A stretch of 32,000 nt of DNA from Bdellovibrionota bacterium (GTDB lineage: Bacteria; Bdellovibrionota_C; UBA2361; SZUA-149; CAZDWZ01): NCBI GenBank assembly GCA_046328905.1, contig JAXLVP010000001.1, forward strand, positions 2,725,018 through 2,757,017, in the 5' to 3' direction. The notes beneath the pieces are model-generated. The model worked only from the letters and a program-made list of their open reading frames with translations, ran no database searches and was not told the origin of the DNA. Positions 1 to 9,165 of the stretch are shown here, piece after piece. Positions within the stretch are counted from its first letter, which is position 1, and the number at the start of each line of letters is the position of its first letter. Position numbers and translations under genes: made by a program.

Positions 1-276
1 AAGCACGCCGAACGGTGTACGCAGTCGCGCATTGTCCGCCCTTCGCCGCAAAGAGGCGCGACCAGCGTCGAACGGAGCAAGCATCATGACGGATTGAATG
101 AGAAGTCGCAGCACGATGAGGCCAAGCCCGGCTCGGAGAGCGTGCCCGGCGCTGGTGAACGTGAGTCGGAGCAGAGGTCGGTATCCGAAGGCGAAGCTCA
201 CGCCGTAGGCGAGTGCGGCACAAGCAACAAGGAGAAGGAGCTGTCCGGAAACTGTTTGTTTCAGCCTGCTAAGCAC
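1..276 (-). CDS. Partial CDS (3' end runs off the window): hypothetical membrane protein downstream of the Nudix gene
   Basis: The minus-strand frame is open for all 92 codons from a GTG at 276, which lies 5 nt after the Nudix stop, to the window edge. The translation (MLSRLKQTVSGQLLLLVACAALAYGVSFAFGY...GLGLIVLRLLIQSVMMLAP...) has TM-like hydrophobic stretches. The plus-strand ORF 94-294 looks like its low-complexity shadow. Confidence 0.4.
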   Translation of the reverse strand, partial: MLSRLKQTVSGQLLLLVACAALAYGVSFAFGYRPLLRLTFTSAGHALRAGLGLIVLRLLIQSVMMLAPFDAGRASLRRRADNARLRTPFGVL

Positions 277-280
277 CGAG

Positions 281-769
281 TTACTCCGCGATGATTCCCG
301 GGAACAGTTTCCTGAACTCCTCCAGAGCTCGCGCATACGCAGGGCCTTTGAAGCCGCTCGCGCGCCGCAAGAATTCCCGTGCGCCTACCCATTCGGTCTC
401 GCAAAATTCTCGGTGCGTTTGAGTGTCCAAGTTCATGACCGCGAGAGGTGCGAGACGAACCAGATAGTAGCTCTGCTCTTGGCCCCGGTAACCGCGATCA
501 AACAGATGCTCCGGCCAATCGTATCGAATCGGATTCGGAAGCTTTCCGATTACAGTCACCTCGCATGTTCCGATCTCCTCACCGAGCTCGCGCAGCATCG
601 CAGTATCGTCGGATTCGTCAGGTTCGATTCCTCCCTGAGGAAGCTGCCATGCACCGGGAAGATCCGCCCGGTGACATGCGAGGATGGCGCCCGCTTCGTT
701 GAGCACGATAATCGCCACGTTTCTTCGATACTCGAGGGGACGCTGTGTAGACATGATCTGTTCCGGCAA
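281..769 (-). CDS. rppH: Nudix hydrolase, RppH-like RNA pyrophosphohydrolase
   Basis: 162-aa ORF with an intact Nudix box, GGIEPDESDDTAMLRELGEEIG (GX5EX7REUXEEXGU). The overall layout resembles E. coli RppH (YRxNV..., QxPQGG...). Confidence 0.8.
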   Translation of the reverse strand: MPEQIMSTQRPLEYRRNVAIIVLNEAGAILACHRADLPGAWQLPQGGIEPDESDDTAMLRELGEEIGTCEVTVIGKLPNPIRYDWPEHLFDRGYRGQEQSYYLVRLAPLAVMNLDTQTHREFCETEWVGAREFLRRASGFKGPAYARALEEFRKLFPGIIAE

Positions 770-842
770 CGTATCACACCGAATCCGTGGCGCAAATACA
801 GATCGGCTCGTCAGGATGTGCCCAAATTAGCTTGCGGCAGTA

Positions 843-1991
843 GTGAGCTGTGATAATCCTTTTTCCATGCTTGCCTGGGATTTCCTGCTTTCGGTCGCCG
901 CTTATTTTGGTCTTCTTCTGCGGCCGTTTTTAGCCGGAGCGAACCTTACGACCGCCTGTCTGCTTCCGCTCGCAGTCGTGCTTTTCCGCCCGCTCGTGCT
1001 TTCACACTTTATCGCGTTAGTGGCGCTCGGCCTCTGCTTCGCAATGCGGGAGCCGACCTATTGCTTCTTCCCGCTGTTGGTCTTCGGCATTGCGCTCAGC
1101 ACAGCTTTCGCCGGGGATCGGCGAAGAGCGGTGCAGCTTCTCGCTCTGGCCGTCATCCTCGGTGGCTTCGTCCTGCTTCCGGTACCCCCACAAGAGAACG
1201 CGCGTCAGGCGTTACTTGCGCTATTTCGGGCGCCGGAACCGATTTCAAAACTTTTCGGCTGGACTGCCCCTGATTTTCAAGCGGTGCCGGAGCTTGCGGC
1301 CGCGATAGCCGGCCTCGTCATCTGCGCTTATCTATCAGGCCCCATCTTCCCCGAGCGCATGGGAATGTATCTCTCGACTTTTTTGTTGCTCGTCCTCTCG
1401 GTCAAGTCCGCGCCCTACCTCGTCCTCGCATTCAGCGTTGCGCTCTATGAGACGCTACGGCGCATCGCTGCCGAGACCGGTCCGACGTTGAAAGAGGAGC
1501 GGACTCTGCTCATGGCATTGTTCCTCTGCGCGGTTCCGTTTCTCTATCGTGTGCCGAGTGAATCTCTGGTCGAAGCGAGGATACGTGAAGCCCAACCGGC
1601 GCTCGCAGCCTACGCGGAGTCCATCCGCAGCTCCGGAGGACGCCTCCACCTCATGCACCGCCCAGGTCTGGGTGGCGCGCTCGCTCGTGCGGGACTTCCG
1701 GTATTTGCTGCCGCGGCGCCGTTAGGTGACGAGCTTTCTGCGCTTCCAAAGCTCGACGTGGCGAGACTCCAGGAAGCGATCGACGTTTTCACTCTGGGCG
1801 ATGGATGGGAGTCAATTCTCCAATCAGAGCAGATTAATGCAGTGATGCTCGAACGCCGCGAGCCGCTTGCCGGAGTGCTGATTTCCGGTCGACACTGGCG
1901 CGTGCTTAGCGAGAGCACGAGCTTTGAATACAGCGAGCGAAGCCTGAGCAAACAGACTTCTCTCGTTGTCCTTGTTCCTGGGGCTGACTAG
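843..1991 (+). CDS. Hypothetical polytopic membrane protein with a soluble C-terminal domain
   Basis: 382-aa ORF. The N-terminal ~220 aa contain multiple hydrophobic helices and the C-terminal ~150 aa are hydrophilic. The start is uncertain (GTG 843 or ATG 867; neither has a clear SD). The stop overlaps the hisS stop. Confidence 0.6.
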   Translation: MSCDNPFSMLAWDFLLSVAAYFGLLLRPFLAGANLTTACLLPLAVVLFRPLVLSHFIALVALGLCFAMREPTYCFFPLLVFGIALSTAFAGDRRRAVQLLALAVILGGFVLLPVPPQENARQALLALFRAPEPISKLFGWTAPDFQAVPELAAAIAGLVICAYLSGPIFPERMGMYLSTFLLLVLSVKSAPYLVLAFSVALYETLRRIAAETGPTLKEERTLLMALFLCAVPFLYRVPSESLVEARIREAQPALAAYAESIRSSGGRLHLMHRPGLGGALARAGLPVFAAAAPLGDELSALPKLDVARLQEAIDVFTLGDGWESILQSEQINAVMLERREPLAGVLISGRHWRVLSESTSFEYSERSLSKQTSLVVLVPGAD

Positions 1992-3328
1992 CTCGACTGG
2001 ATTCGGTTGCGGAGATACTCCGACAACGACGCGATGGGGACGCCGTCTTCCTGTTCACCGGCGATAATATTTTTCACGCTGCAGACACCCGAGTCGAGCT
2101 CGCCGCGGCCGGCGATGACGACAAATTCGACTCCTTTCTTGCTCGCGTATTTGAGCTGATTTCCAAGGCGTGCGTAGTCGAGAGCAAGCTCTGTCGCAAT
2201 TCCGGACTGCCTAAGCTGGTTGGCGATTTTCAGGCACGTGCCCGCCGTGCCCTCGTCGAGCAGCGCAACGAAGACTGAGGCGGTGGTCGACTTGTTCGTC
2301 GTGCGTTTGAGCTCTTCGAGCGCCGCCAAGATCCGGTCGAGACCGATTGAAGCTCCGACCCCGGGAAGCTCCTGTTTCGTGTAGAGACCGGCCAGATCGT
2401 TGTATCGTCCGCCGGAGCAGATTGAGCCGATCTCGGGAAGGTCGGTAAGCGTCGTCTCGAACACAGAGCCGGTGTAATAGTCGAGGCCGCGGGCGATCGA
2501 TAGGTCGATGGTGACGACCTCATCTCCCAAACCGGAATCGGCCGCGACTGTCAGTACGGACTCGAGCTCTTGCAGGCCGGTCGCTGCAATTTCATTGGCT
2601 CCGAAAAATCCCTTCAGCTCAGCGAGAAGGTCTCGATTCGAGAGCTGTGCGGACGAGAGCTTGAGAAATGAAAATACTCGATCAATATCACCGTCGCTGA
2701 GGCCCGCTTCAGTGCGCAGCTCCTGACGCACGACCTCTTCACCTAACTTCTCGAGCTTGTCGATCGCGCGGAGCACGGGCGCCGACGATCCTTCGCGGCC
2801 CAACCCGGAGAGCAGCCCGTTGAGGACGAGACGGTTGTTCAACCGAATGCGGTGACCGATTTTGAGCGTGTCGAGAGCGGAATGGATCAGTGACACTATC
2901 TCCGCATCGGCGATGGTCGAGCGAGTGCCGATGATGTCGAAATCGCACTGGATGAATTCACGATATCTTCCGCGCTGCGGCTTTTCTGCTCTCCATACCG
3001 GAGCGATGTGGTAACGCCGAAACGGGACGCCGAGCTCGTTGATATGCATCGCTACGAAACGGGCGAGTGGAACCGTCAGATCGAAGCGCATTGCGACGTC
3101 GCGACCGCCCTGATCGCTGAAGCGGAAGAGCTGCTTGTCCGTTTCGTCAGAGCCTTTTCCGAGCAGAATCTCCGTGTATTCCAGGGCGGGCGTGTCGATC
3201 GGGCTGAACCCGAATGCAGCAAAAACCTCCTGAAGCGTGCGAATCATCTGGGTTCGCGGGATAGCGAGCTGAGGAAGGTAGTCTCGGAAGCCCTTGAGAA
3301 CCCTGGGTTCGATCCGCGGTTTTGACAC
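1988..3328 (-). CDS. hisS: Histidine--tRNA ligase
   Basis: Class II aaRS HisRS motifs are present (GFRDYLP, RFDLTVPLARF, YHIAPVWRAEKPQRGRYREFIQCDFDIIG, GGRYD). The 586-aa track ORF is over-extended. I place the start at GTG 3328, preceded by GGAG 7 nt upstream, which gives a 446-aa protein. Confidence 0.93.
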   Translation of the reverse strand: MSKPRIEPRVLKGFRDYLPQLAIPRTQMIRTLQEVFAAFGFSPIDTPALEYTEILLGKGSDETDKQLFRFSDQGGRDVAMRFDLTVPLARFVAMHINELGVPFRRYHIAPVWRAEKPQRGRYREFIQCDFDIIGTRSTIADAEIVSLIHSALDTLKIGHRIRLNNRLVLNGLLSGLGREGSSAPVLRAIDKLEKLGEEVVRQELRTEAGLSDGDIDRVFSFLKLSSAQLSNRDLLAELKGFFGANEIAATGLQELESVLTVAADSGLGDEVVTIDLSIARGLDYYTGSVFETTLTDLPEIGSICSGGRYNDLAGLYTKQELPGVGASIGLDRILAALEELKRTTNKSTTASVFVALLDEGTAGTCLKIANQLRQSGIATELALDYARLGNQLKYASKKGVEFVVIAGRGELDSGVCSVKNIIAGEQEDGVPIASLSEYLRNRIQSS

Positions 3329-3476
3329 AACTTTGCTCCAGAAAGGCGATCGTGTAGAAATAAGGTTACTGAAATAGAACGGATAACTTTGCGGAGCAAG
3401 GCTCCGTGTGGCGCTCTGGAGATGGGCGCTAAGCTGCCGGATGAACATTTTTCGCGAGGAACGATAGGGGCCGAAT

Positions 3477-4742
3477 TTGGAAAAGATTGTACTGCCGAAC
3501 GGCATTCGGGTGCTTGTCGAAAGCTGTGATTGGTTCCGCTCGACAGCAATGGTCCTTGGAATTGAAGGCGGACTCGGTGACGAATCCGAAGCGAATTTAG
3601 GGGTGACCCATCTCCTCGAGCATCTGCTGTTCAAGCGGACGGGCAAGCGGGACACGATGCAGATTGCGTCGTTCATGGACGAGCTCGGTGGCGACGTCAA
3701 TGCGTTCACCGATGTCACCTCGGTCTGCCTCCACGGTACAGTCCCCACCGGAAGAACGACGGAGCTGCTCAGCTTCTTCGCCGAGCTTCTTCGTGACGCA
3801 AAGTTCGGCGATGCCGAGCTGGTGCTCGAGAAAGAGATTATTCGTCAGGAGCTGCTCGAGGCGAGCGACAATCCCGCCGACATCGTTTACCAAAATCTTT
3901 GCGAGTGCCTTTGGCCGGAATCGATCTACCGATATCCGGTCTTCGGCACCTTTCGATCGATTGAGAAACTTTCTACGCGGGACGTACGTCAGCGGCTTGC
4001 CGCTCTTCTGAACGGGAAACGGATTTTTATCGCCGCGTCGGGAAATTTACGCCCGGCTGCGTTCGCCCAAGAGGTGGAGAAGCTTTTCGGCGACCTGCCC
4101 GCTGTCGAGTGGGATCGTCCGCAACTTCCGGAGATGAAATGCGGCAGCCGTCTCATCTCGCATCCCGTTCATCAAGTGCATCTCGCGCTCGCCCAGCAAG
4201 CACCGTCGGTGCGTGACAAGGACTACTTGGAAGCAATGGTGTTCAGCAACATCTTCGGCGAGGGGATGTCCTCTCGGCTTTTCCAGCTCCTTCGCGAAGA
4301 AAAGGGTCTCGCATACGATGTCAGCACTCACATAGAAAGCGTTGCAAACGTTGGATTGCTCGTCACTTCAGCAGTGCTCGAACGCGAAGCGATCCACGAA
4401 GCGCTCGATTTAATTCTTTCTGAAATGCATAAAGTACGCGACAATTCTGTTACGCTCGCGGAGCTCGAAAGAGTGAAGCGCTTCATCAGCGCGCAGCTCG
4501 AAATGGAGCTCGACAGCGTCAGCGCTCGCTTGTGGCGAATGGTGGAGACGGAGCTTCAGCTCGGCCGATTCGTCAGTGCCGAAGAGGTGCTGACGAAGAT
4601 CGAAGGGATGACTCTTCCTGACCTGAACCGCTTCATCGAGCAGCGGGTATTGTTTTCCGGCAACGCTTTGGTTCTCGGGGGCGATGTCGGCGGATTGGAA
4701 CTGCGGGATGAGGTAAGAAAGTTCTGTGATGTTATCCTCTAA
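3477..4742 (+). CDS. M16 (pitrilysin/insulinase) family zinc peptidase
   Basis: 421 aa with the inverted zinc motif HxxEH (GVTHLLEHLLFKRT) and the downstream acidic segment LEKEIIRQEL. TTG start with AGGGG 7 nt upstream. Confidence 0.88.
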   Translation: MEKIVLPNGIRVLVESCDWFRSTAMVLGIEGGLGDESEANLGVTHLLEHLLFKRTGKRDTMQIASFMDELGGDVNAFTDVTSVCLHGTVPTGRTTELLSFFAELLRDAKFGDAELVLEKEIIRQELLEASDNPADIVYQNLCECLWPESIYRYPVFGTFRSIEKLSTRDVRQRLAALLNGKRIFIAASGNLRPAAFAQEVEKLFGDLPAVEWDRPQLPEMKCGSRLISHPVHQVHLALAQQAPSVRDKDYLEAMVFSNIFGEGMSSRLFQLLREEKGLAYDVSTHIESVANVGLLVTSAVLEREAIHEALDLILSEMHKVRDNSVTLAELERVKRFISAQLEMELDSVSARLWRMVETELQLGRFVSAEEVLTKIEGMTLPDLNRFIEQRVLFSGNALVLGGDVGGLELRDEVRKFCDVIL

Positions 4743-6321
4743 GACCGGGAAGAGCGGGGTTGAAGTCAGAACTCCAGCACAGGCCAGAGAAGAGTCGAAT
4801 GGCGATCGATTGAATGGCGAAAACGGAGTGAAGCAGGAACGGAAAATCTTCGTTCTCGACACCTCCGCCATCATGTCCCTCGTTCAGGACGTTACCACCT
4901 ACCGCGGCGCAGAGTTCCCGGCCTTCGCCGGAGTTCTCGGAGATAATGAGATTGTCATCCCGCGCGTTGTTCTCGATGAGCTCGCAGCACTCCGACGGGC
5001 GACCGGGGAGCGGTCAAAAACTGCACTCGAAGCTGCGCGACAGCTCGAATACTATTCCAGCCTCGGCTCGCTCCTCGACGGTGTAGAGACCGAGAAAGGC
5101 GGTCTGCTGCGTATCGCTCCGCGTCCGACGACCGAAAAAGTCATCGCGTGGGGGCTGAAGGCGAATGTCGCCGACCACGAGATCCTCGCGACGGCGATCG
5201 AGATCGAGGACTCTGTCAAAGCGAATTACAAACCGGTAATCTCAGACGACGAGTCCGAAGAGGACAACGGTCCGCCTCAGGTAATTCTGATTACTCAGGA
5301 CCGGATTTTGCGAGTGCTCGCTCGGAGCGTCTACAGCGTAGCGTCAGAAGAGCTGCGGTCAATCTGTGCTCCGGAGCTGGATGCGGAGCGCGAATTCCAC
5401 AAGGTCGAGCTCAGCGGAGAGGAGATCGATGAGATCATCGCGCAGGGCTACTACGAGTCTAACATCACAGCGTATGGAAACGAGTTCTTTCATCTCGTCG
5501 ACCGCGACAACCCGGATGTGCACTATTGCTACGCCTTCATGCGCGAGCCACAAACGCACCGCGCTGAGCTGATCGATCGCACGAAGGTCGACTATCTCAA
5601 GGTCGCGGGCGAGGTCACCGGCAAGAACGTCCGGCAAAAACTTTTCCTCTGGGCGTTGATGGGTTGCGGTGAGCCTGATCCGATGGCGCCGGACGGCATC
5701 CGACTGATTATCGCCTCCGGCCCTGCAGGAAGCGGAAAGTCGTTCCTGACTTTGGCGGCAGCATGGGAACGGCTCGAGCGTGGCCATTTCGAGCGGATCA
5801 TCATCACCCGCCCGATGGTCGATGTCGGAACTTCCTTGGGATTTTTGCCGGGTACCCTCGAAGAAAAAATTCGTCCATGGGGCGGCCCGGTCGAGGACAA
5901 CCTTCGCGCGATCGTCCAGGTCCCGTCGCAAGACGAAGGGAAGGGTGGGAACAAGCGAGGAGTCCAACGCGCGGTTCGGCCATTTGACGCCAAAACCTGG
6001 CTGGAGATGGAGAATCGCCTCGAAATTGTGCCGCTGACCTACATCCGCGGTCGAACTTTCCGCCGCTCGTTTGTAATTCTTGAAGAAGCGCAGAACCTTG
6101 AGCGCGGTCCGCTCAAGGTTCTCCTCACTCGGTTAGGCGAAGGGAGTATCGTGGTGGTGGTTGGAGACGAGAGCCAGATCGACAACCAGTTCCTCAGCAA
6201 ACGGAACAACGGTCTGATCCACGCGGTAAATGCATTTCGGTCCTGGCCGCAGGCAGTCCACATTCACCTCAAGCAGATCGTTCGGAGCGACCTCGCCGAA
6301 GCGGCAAGTACTCTCCTCTAA
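4726..6321 (+). CDS. PhoH2-type protein: N-terminal PIN domain fused to a PhoH-like ATPase
   Basis: PIN-like N-terminus (KIFVLDTSAIMS ... IVIPRVVLDELAAL). PhoH domain has Walker A (GPAGSGKSFLTLAAA) and Walker B-like (FVILEEAQN) motifs. The start (GTG 4726 or ATG 4729) overlaps the M16 peptidase stop by about 14-17 nt, suggesting translational coupling. Confidence 0.88.
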   Translation: MMLSSKTGKSGVEVRTPAQAREESNGDRLNGENGVKQERKIFVLDTSAIMSLVQDVTTYRGAEFPAFAGVLGDNEIVIPRVVLDELAALRRATGERSKTALEAARQLEYYSSLGSLLDGVETEKGGLLRIAPRPTTEKVIAWGLKANVADHEILATAIEIEDSVKANYKPVISDDESEEDNGPPQVILITQDRILRVLARSVYSVASEELRSICAPELDAEREFHKVELSGEEIDEIIAQGYYESNITAYGNEFFHLVDRDNPDVHYCYAFMREPQTHRAELIDRTKVDYLKVAGEVTGKNVRQKLFLWALMGCGEPDPMAPDGIRLIIASGPAGSGKSFLTLAAAWERLERGHFERIIITRPMVDVGTSLGFLPGTLEEKIRPWGGPVEDNLRAIVQVPSQDEGKGGNKRGVQRAVRPFDAKTWLEMENRLEIVPLTYIRGRTFRRSFVILEEAQNLERGPLKVLLTRLGEGSIVVVVGDESQIDNQFLSKRNNGLIHAVNAFRSWPQAVHIHLKQIVRSDLAEAASTLL

Positions 6322-6420
6322 GCCAGCGATAGTCGAAGCATTTATCTGTCGACGCCGCGTGTTCCGGCGACAGGACGCGCGCGTTTTGTCAATGCCATGG
6401 GCGGTTCGGTGTTCATCATA

Positions 6421-6464
6421 TTGACTGACGCTCGCGTTCGCGGATAGTCTCAATACTGGTATTG
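6421..6464 (+). promoter_or_regulatory. Candidate sigma70-like promoter followed by an inverted-repeat operator-like site
   Basis: TTGACT (6421-6426), a 16-nt spacer, then GATAGT (6443-6448). This is immediately followed by CAATAC-TG-GTATTG (6451-6464), which has perfect 6-bp inverted arms. It sits about 200 nt upstream of the 804-aa ORF. Confidence 0.35.
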
Positions 6465-6659
6465 GAAAAATCTATTCTCTGCGGCTCACGGCCCTAGGAA
6501 TACGCTCGAGCGGTCTCCTCCAGACCAGCGCCGAGCCCTCCGACCGTCTGCTCTCTCGCACTCCATCCGGGTAACACACGCTTACTCTATAACCGCCGGG
6601 CATTCTCGCCCGGACGAGGTTTTCCCTCCATCAAGTTCCTTAAGGAAAGGAGCCCTAGG

Positions 6660-9074
6660 ATGACTCGCAGGAGTTCCTCGCAGCTCGCACAGTTCAAGTC
6701 CGCTGAGGCGCAGCTCGGAGCGCTCATCTCCGAGGATCGGATCGATGACGTCAAGCAGGACCTGCTGGACCAGATTCGACGCCTCTATCTCGTCTTCGGC
6801 ACGGGAGGAGAGGGCACCCGGTTGCCGGTGCCGGCCTCCGTCAACGCCAACCTGAAGACCAAGAAGGCGACCGACCTTCCCGACTCGCGCGACTACGCTG
6901 AGTTCGTGAAGCGGGTCCCGATCTATGACGTCCTCAGCTCGGACTGCCTCGCGGGACTCTGTCAGTTCGGCGAGGCCGGCAGGATCGCGAAAAAGTCGAT
7001 CCTCGACCAGATCCACCGCAACCTGGTCGCCCGGATCGCCGCTACCGAGTACCGCCCTCGTCGGCAGACACTGGGGCAGCACACGTACGACATCCACAAC
7101 GACTTCGTCGAGCTGCATCCGAAGTGGACCGCACCGCTGATCCAGAAGGCCATCGACGATCTCACTCAACGCGGTCTGTGGGCTCAGGCCATTCACGACG
7201 AGAAGTTCGGCCTGTGCCTGACGTCGGCCTCACTGACGAACGACGACATGCTGCGGCAGTGGTTGCTCGATTCGTGCATGGCCGGCCTGATTCAGCGCCT
7301 CATGGCGCCGCATCTCTGGCCGCGCAACCTGATCACGAACGCCGGGCTGCTCTGCACGTCGGCCAGCATCTTCGCGATGCTGAGCAGCGTCATCGACCCG
7401 GGGTGGTATCGAGACGGCGATGCCTCTCGCGGCATCGCGCATATCTTCCTTCCAACGTGCAAGAACTCGGACGACGAGGGTCTTCGCTGGAATGAAGAGC
7501 ACTGCGTTCCGGAGATCGACAGCATCAAGGAGGATCCGATCTGGTCCAACCGGCAGCGGCTCGAGTCTCAAGCCGTGCTGCTGTGCTGGCTCGTTCGAAC
7601 GATTAAGGCCGGTGCCTTCATGGGAGAGCGCCTGCCGCATCTCGCGGGTTTGGGCGCGCCGTGGGGCTTCCACTGGAGGAAGAACGGCGAGAACCTTCCG
7701 CCGAACAACGTCCTCCTGACGGAACGCCAGCGCTCCTATATCATCACCGGGATCCAGGTCGCGGCCGCCTATCTTCTCGCGGTCGAGTGGAACGGTGAGT
7801 GCTACGATTTCAACGCTCCGACCGCAAGCGCGTGGGAGGAGGCTCCGCTGAAAGGCGGTTGCGCCTCCGACACCTGCTTCATGGTGGACGCGATGTCGGA
7901 GCTGCGGGATCTGCTGTTCAACACCGCGTACGATTCGAACCTCACCGTTCAGGACGTGCGGCAGCGGCTGACGAACCTCGAGATCTGCCACCCTGAAAAG
8001 GGAACGGCAGCTCAGGCGATCGAGTATCATCCGTACGCGGACTTCCGCGATAAGGGTGTGCTCGACCGGTTCATCACTGCGGGCAGGCGCAAGATCTCGC
8101 AGATGGTGATCAAGCCGGTCGTCGACGCCGTTGACGGCAGCGCCCGGCCTCTGCCGAGCAACGTCAAGCAGTTCCCCGACCGTGGTCCTGACACTTCGCT
8201 CGTTGGGGCTGCGGCGTTCTACAGTCAGTTCGATCCGTATCTGGTTCGTGACGCGCGCATTCGTCTCAACATCGTCCTCTTCTGCGAAGCCCATCTCATG
8301 GATTCGCATCTCGATGACCGTTGCGGGATGAAGCGGTACGGCACCTTCCAGGTGCAGGACGGCAACGTCACCCGGATTCTGGTGGACAGCTACCTGAACT
8401 ACCAATTCAACCTCGGGCTGACGATCCCTGGGATGGTGGTTCCGTCATTCGCGCAGATGGTCGAGACTGAATACGCTTCGGTCCGCGAGTACTACGACGA
8501 GCGTGAGGCCGCAGGGACCTTGAGCCCTCGCGACATCCTCCTCCGTCAGGCGTACGACCGGTTCATTTCATCTGCCACGGACGATCAGCTCAAGCTCGAT
8601 CCCCGTAAGGACGCGACGGACTTCGCGGGTATGTCGGAACGCCAGCAGTTCTCGTTCCCGGATACGACAGCGCAATGGACCATCGGCGTCACCGCCGCCA
8701 TCATCGCTCTCGCCCGCGCGAAGCAGTCGCTGCTGACGCACCTTCAGACTCAAAAGAATGATCTCGCGCGAGCGAGGAAACTGCTCTTCGAGACCGAACG
8801 CGCGCTCACGCGGTTCATCAACCTGGCGCTCTCCACGATCGTCCAGAACATCGATGCCGACGGCAAGCCGGTCCTCCGTGCGGACGGGACGCCGCTTCCT
8901 GCCACCTACAACGTCATGGAAGCGTTTCAGTTCGTTCCAGACGCGGACGGGATCCCACGGCCGATCCCGGGCGACCACACTCTCCCGTGGTCCACGGCCC
9001 AGCTCTACTACGGGCTCCATCTCGCGCTCGAGGCCGCTCATATGGCGGTACCCGACGAGCACGAGGAGTTGTGA
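6660..9074 (+). CDS. Large cytoplasmic protein with a GH15-like (glucoamylase / phosphorylase-kinase alpha-beta-like) (alpha/alpha)6-barrel signature
   Basis: 804 aa with a strong SD (AAGGAAAGGAG, then 7 nt, then ATG). By eye, the five GH15 conserved regions occur in order: WYRDGDA (aa 249), NRQRLESQAVL (aa 297), SAWEEAP (W392-E393-E394, nt 7833-7841), GMKRYG...DSYLNY (aa 556) and VMEAFQ...LPWSTAQLYY (E754, nt 8919). There is no signal peptide. The ~190-aa N-terminus is unassigned. Confidence 0.6.
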   Translation: MTRRSSSQLAQFKSAEAQLGALISEDRIDDVKQDLLDQIRRLYLVFGTGGEGTRLPVPASVNANLKTKKATDLPDSRDYAEFVKRVPIYDVLSSDCLAGLCQFGEAGRIAKKSILDQIHRNLVARIAATEYRPRRQTLGQHTYDIHNDFVELHPKWTAPLIQKAIDDLTQRGLWAQAIHDEKFGLCLTSASLTNDDMLRQWLLDSCMAGLIQRLMAPHLWPRNLITNAGLLCTSASIFAMLSSVIDPGWYRDGDASRGIAHIFLPTCKNSDDEGLRWNEEHCVPEIDSIKEDPIWSNRQRLESQAVLLCWLVRTIKAGAFMGERLPHLAGLGAPWGFHWRKNGENLPPNNVLLTERQRSYIITGIQVAAAYLLAVEWNGECYDFNAPTASAWEEAPLKGGCASDTCFMVDAMSELRDLLFNTAYDSNLTVQDVRQRLTNLEICHPEKGTAAQAIEYHPYADFRDKGVLDRFITAGRRKISQMVIKPVVDAVDGSARPLPSNVKQFPDRGPDTSLVGAAAFYSQFDPYLVRDARIRLNIVLFCEAHLMDSHLDDRCGMKRYGTFQVQDGNVTRILVDSYLNYQFNLGLTIPGMVVPSFAQMVETEYASVREYYDEREAAGTLSPRDILLRQAYDRFISSATDDQLKLDPRKDATDFAGMSERQQFSFPDTTAQWTIGVTAAIIALARAKQSLLTHLQTQKNDLARARKLLFETERALTRFINLALSTIVQNIDADGKPVLRADGTPLPATYNVMEAFQFVPDADGIPRPIPGDHTLPWSTAQLYYGLHLALEAAHMAVPDEHEEL

Positions 9075-9100
9075 CCTGTCTCTTGCGCTCGCGCGCGGAG

Positions 9101-9165
9101 AGGAGGGGTTCACGTTTTCATTACAAGGCGTTTTCCTTGTAAGCGTGTGCCCCTCCTTCTTTTTC
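9101..9165 (+). terminator. Rho-independent terminator of the 804-aa gene
   Basis: Long composite hairpin made of AGGAGGGG (9101-9108)/CCCCTCCT (9150-9157), CACG (9111-9114)/CGTG (9144-9147) and TTACAAGG (9121-9128)/CCTTGTAA (9135-9142). It is followed by TCTTTTTC (9158-9165). It also lies just past the stop of the convergent HPt gene. Confidence 0.7.

Noticed and set aside
94-294. 66-aa plus-strand ORF at the window start
   Set aside because: The sequence is low-complexity and charged, with no SD. It lies antisense to an uninterrupted, hydrophobic, TM-like minus-strand frame that begins 5 nt after the Nudix stop, so I read it as a shadow ORF.
3329-3476. A T-box riboswitch upstream of hisS
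   Set aside because: I found no T-box consensus, specifier-loop architecture or terminator/antiterminator pair. Only the simpler SD/anti-SD complementarity is present, and that is reported as a finding.
3329-3748. The 140-aa N-terminal extension of the hisS track ORF (586-aa version)
   Set aside because: HisRS homology begins at ...PRIEPRVLKGFRDYLP. The extension is Ser/Pro-rich junk that overlaps the divergent M16 peptidase gene. A GTG at 3328 with a GGAG SD gives a normal 446-aa HisRS.
5359-5967. Antisense ORFs of 150-270 aa within phoH2 (5359-5967), glnA (10652-11281), the Lrp gene (12540-13124), the NRDE gene (16784-17356), the epimerase gene (17769-18275) and trpE(G) (20792-21610)
   Set aside because: Each lies opposite a confidently identified gene, lacks an SD and has no recognisable motif. 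The opposite-strand frame carries the homology in every case.
6582-8405. Long minus-strand ORFs (204 aa at 6582-7196; 391 aa at 7230-8405) inside the 804-aa gene
   Set aside because: They are antisense to a motif-bearing ORF with a strong SD. Their translations are Arg/Val/Asp-rich with no motifs, which is typical of shadow ORFs in GC3-rich genes.
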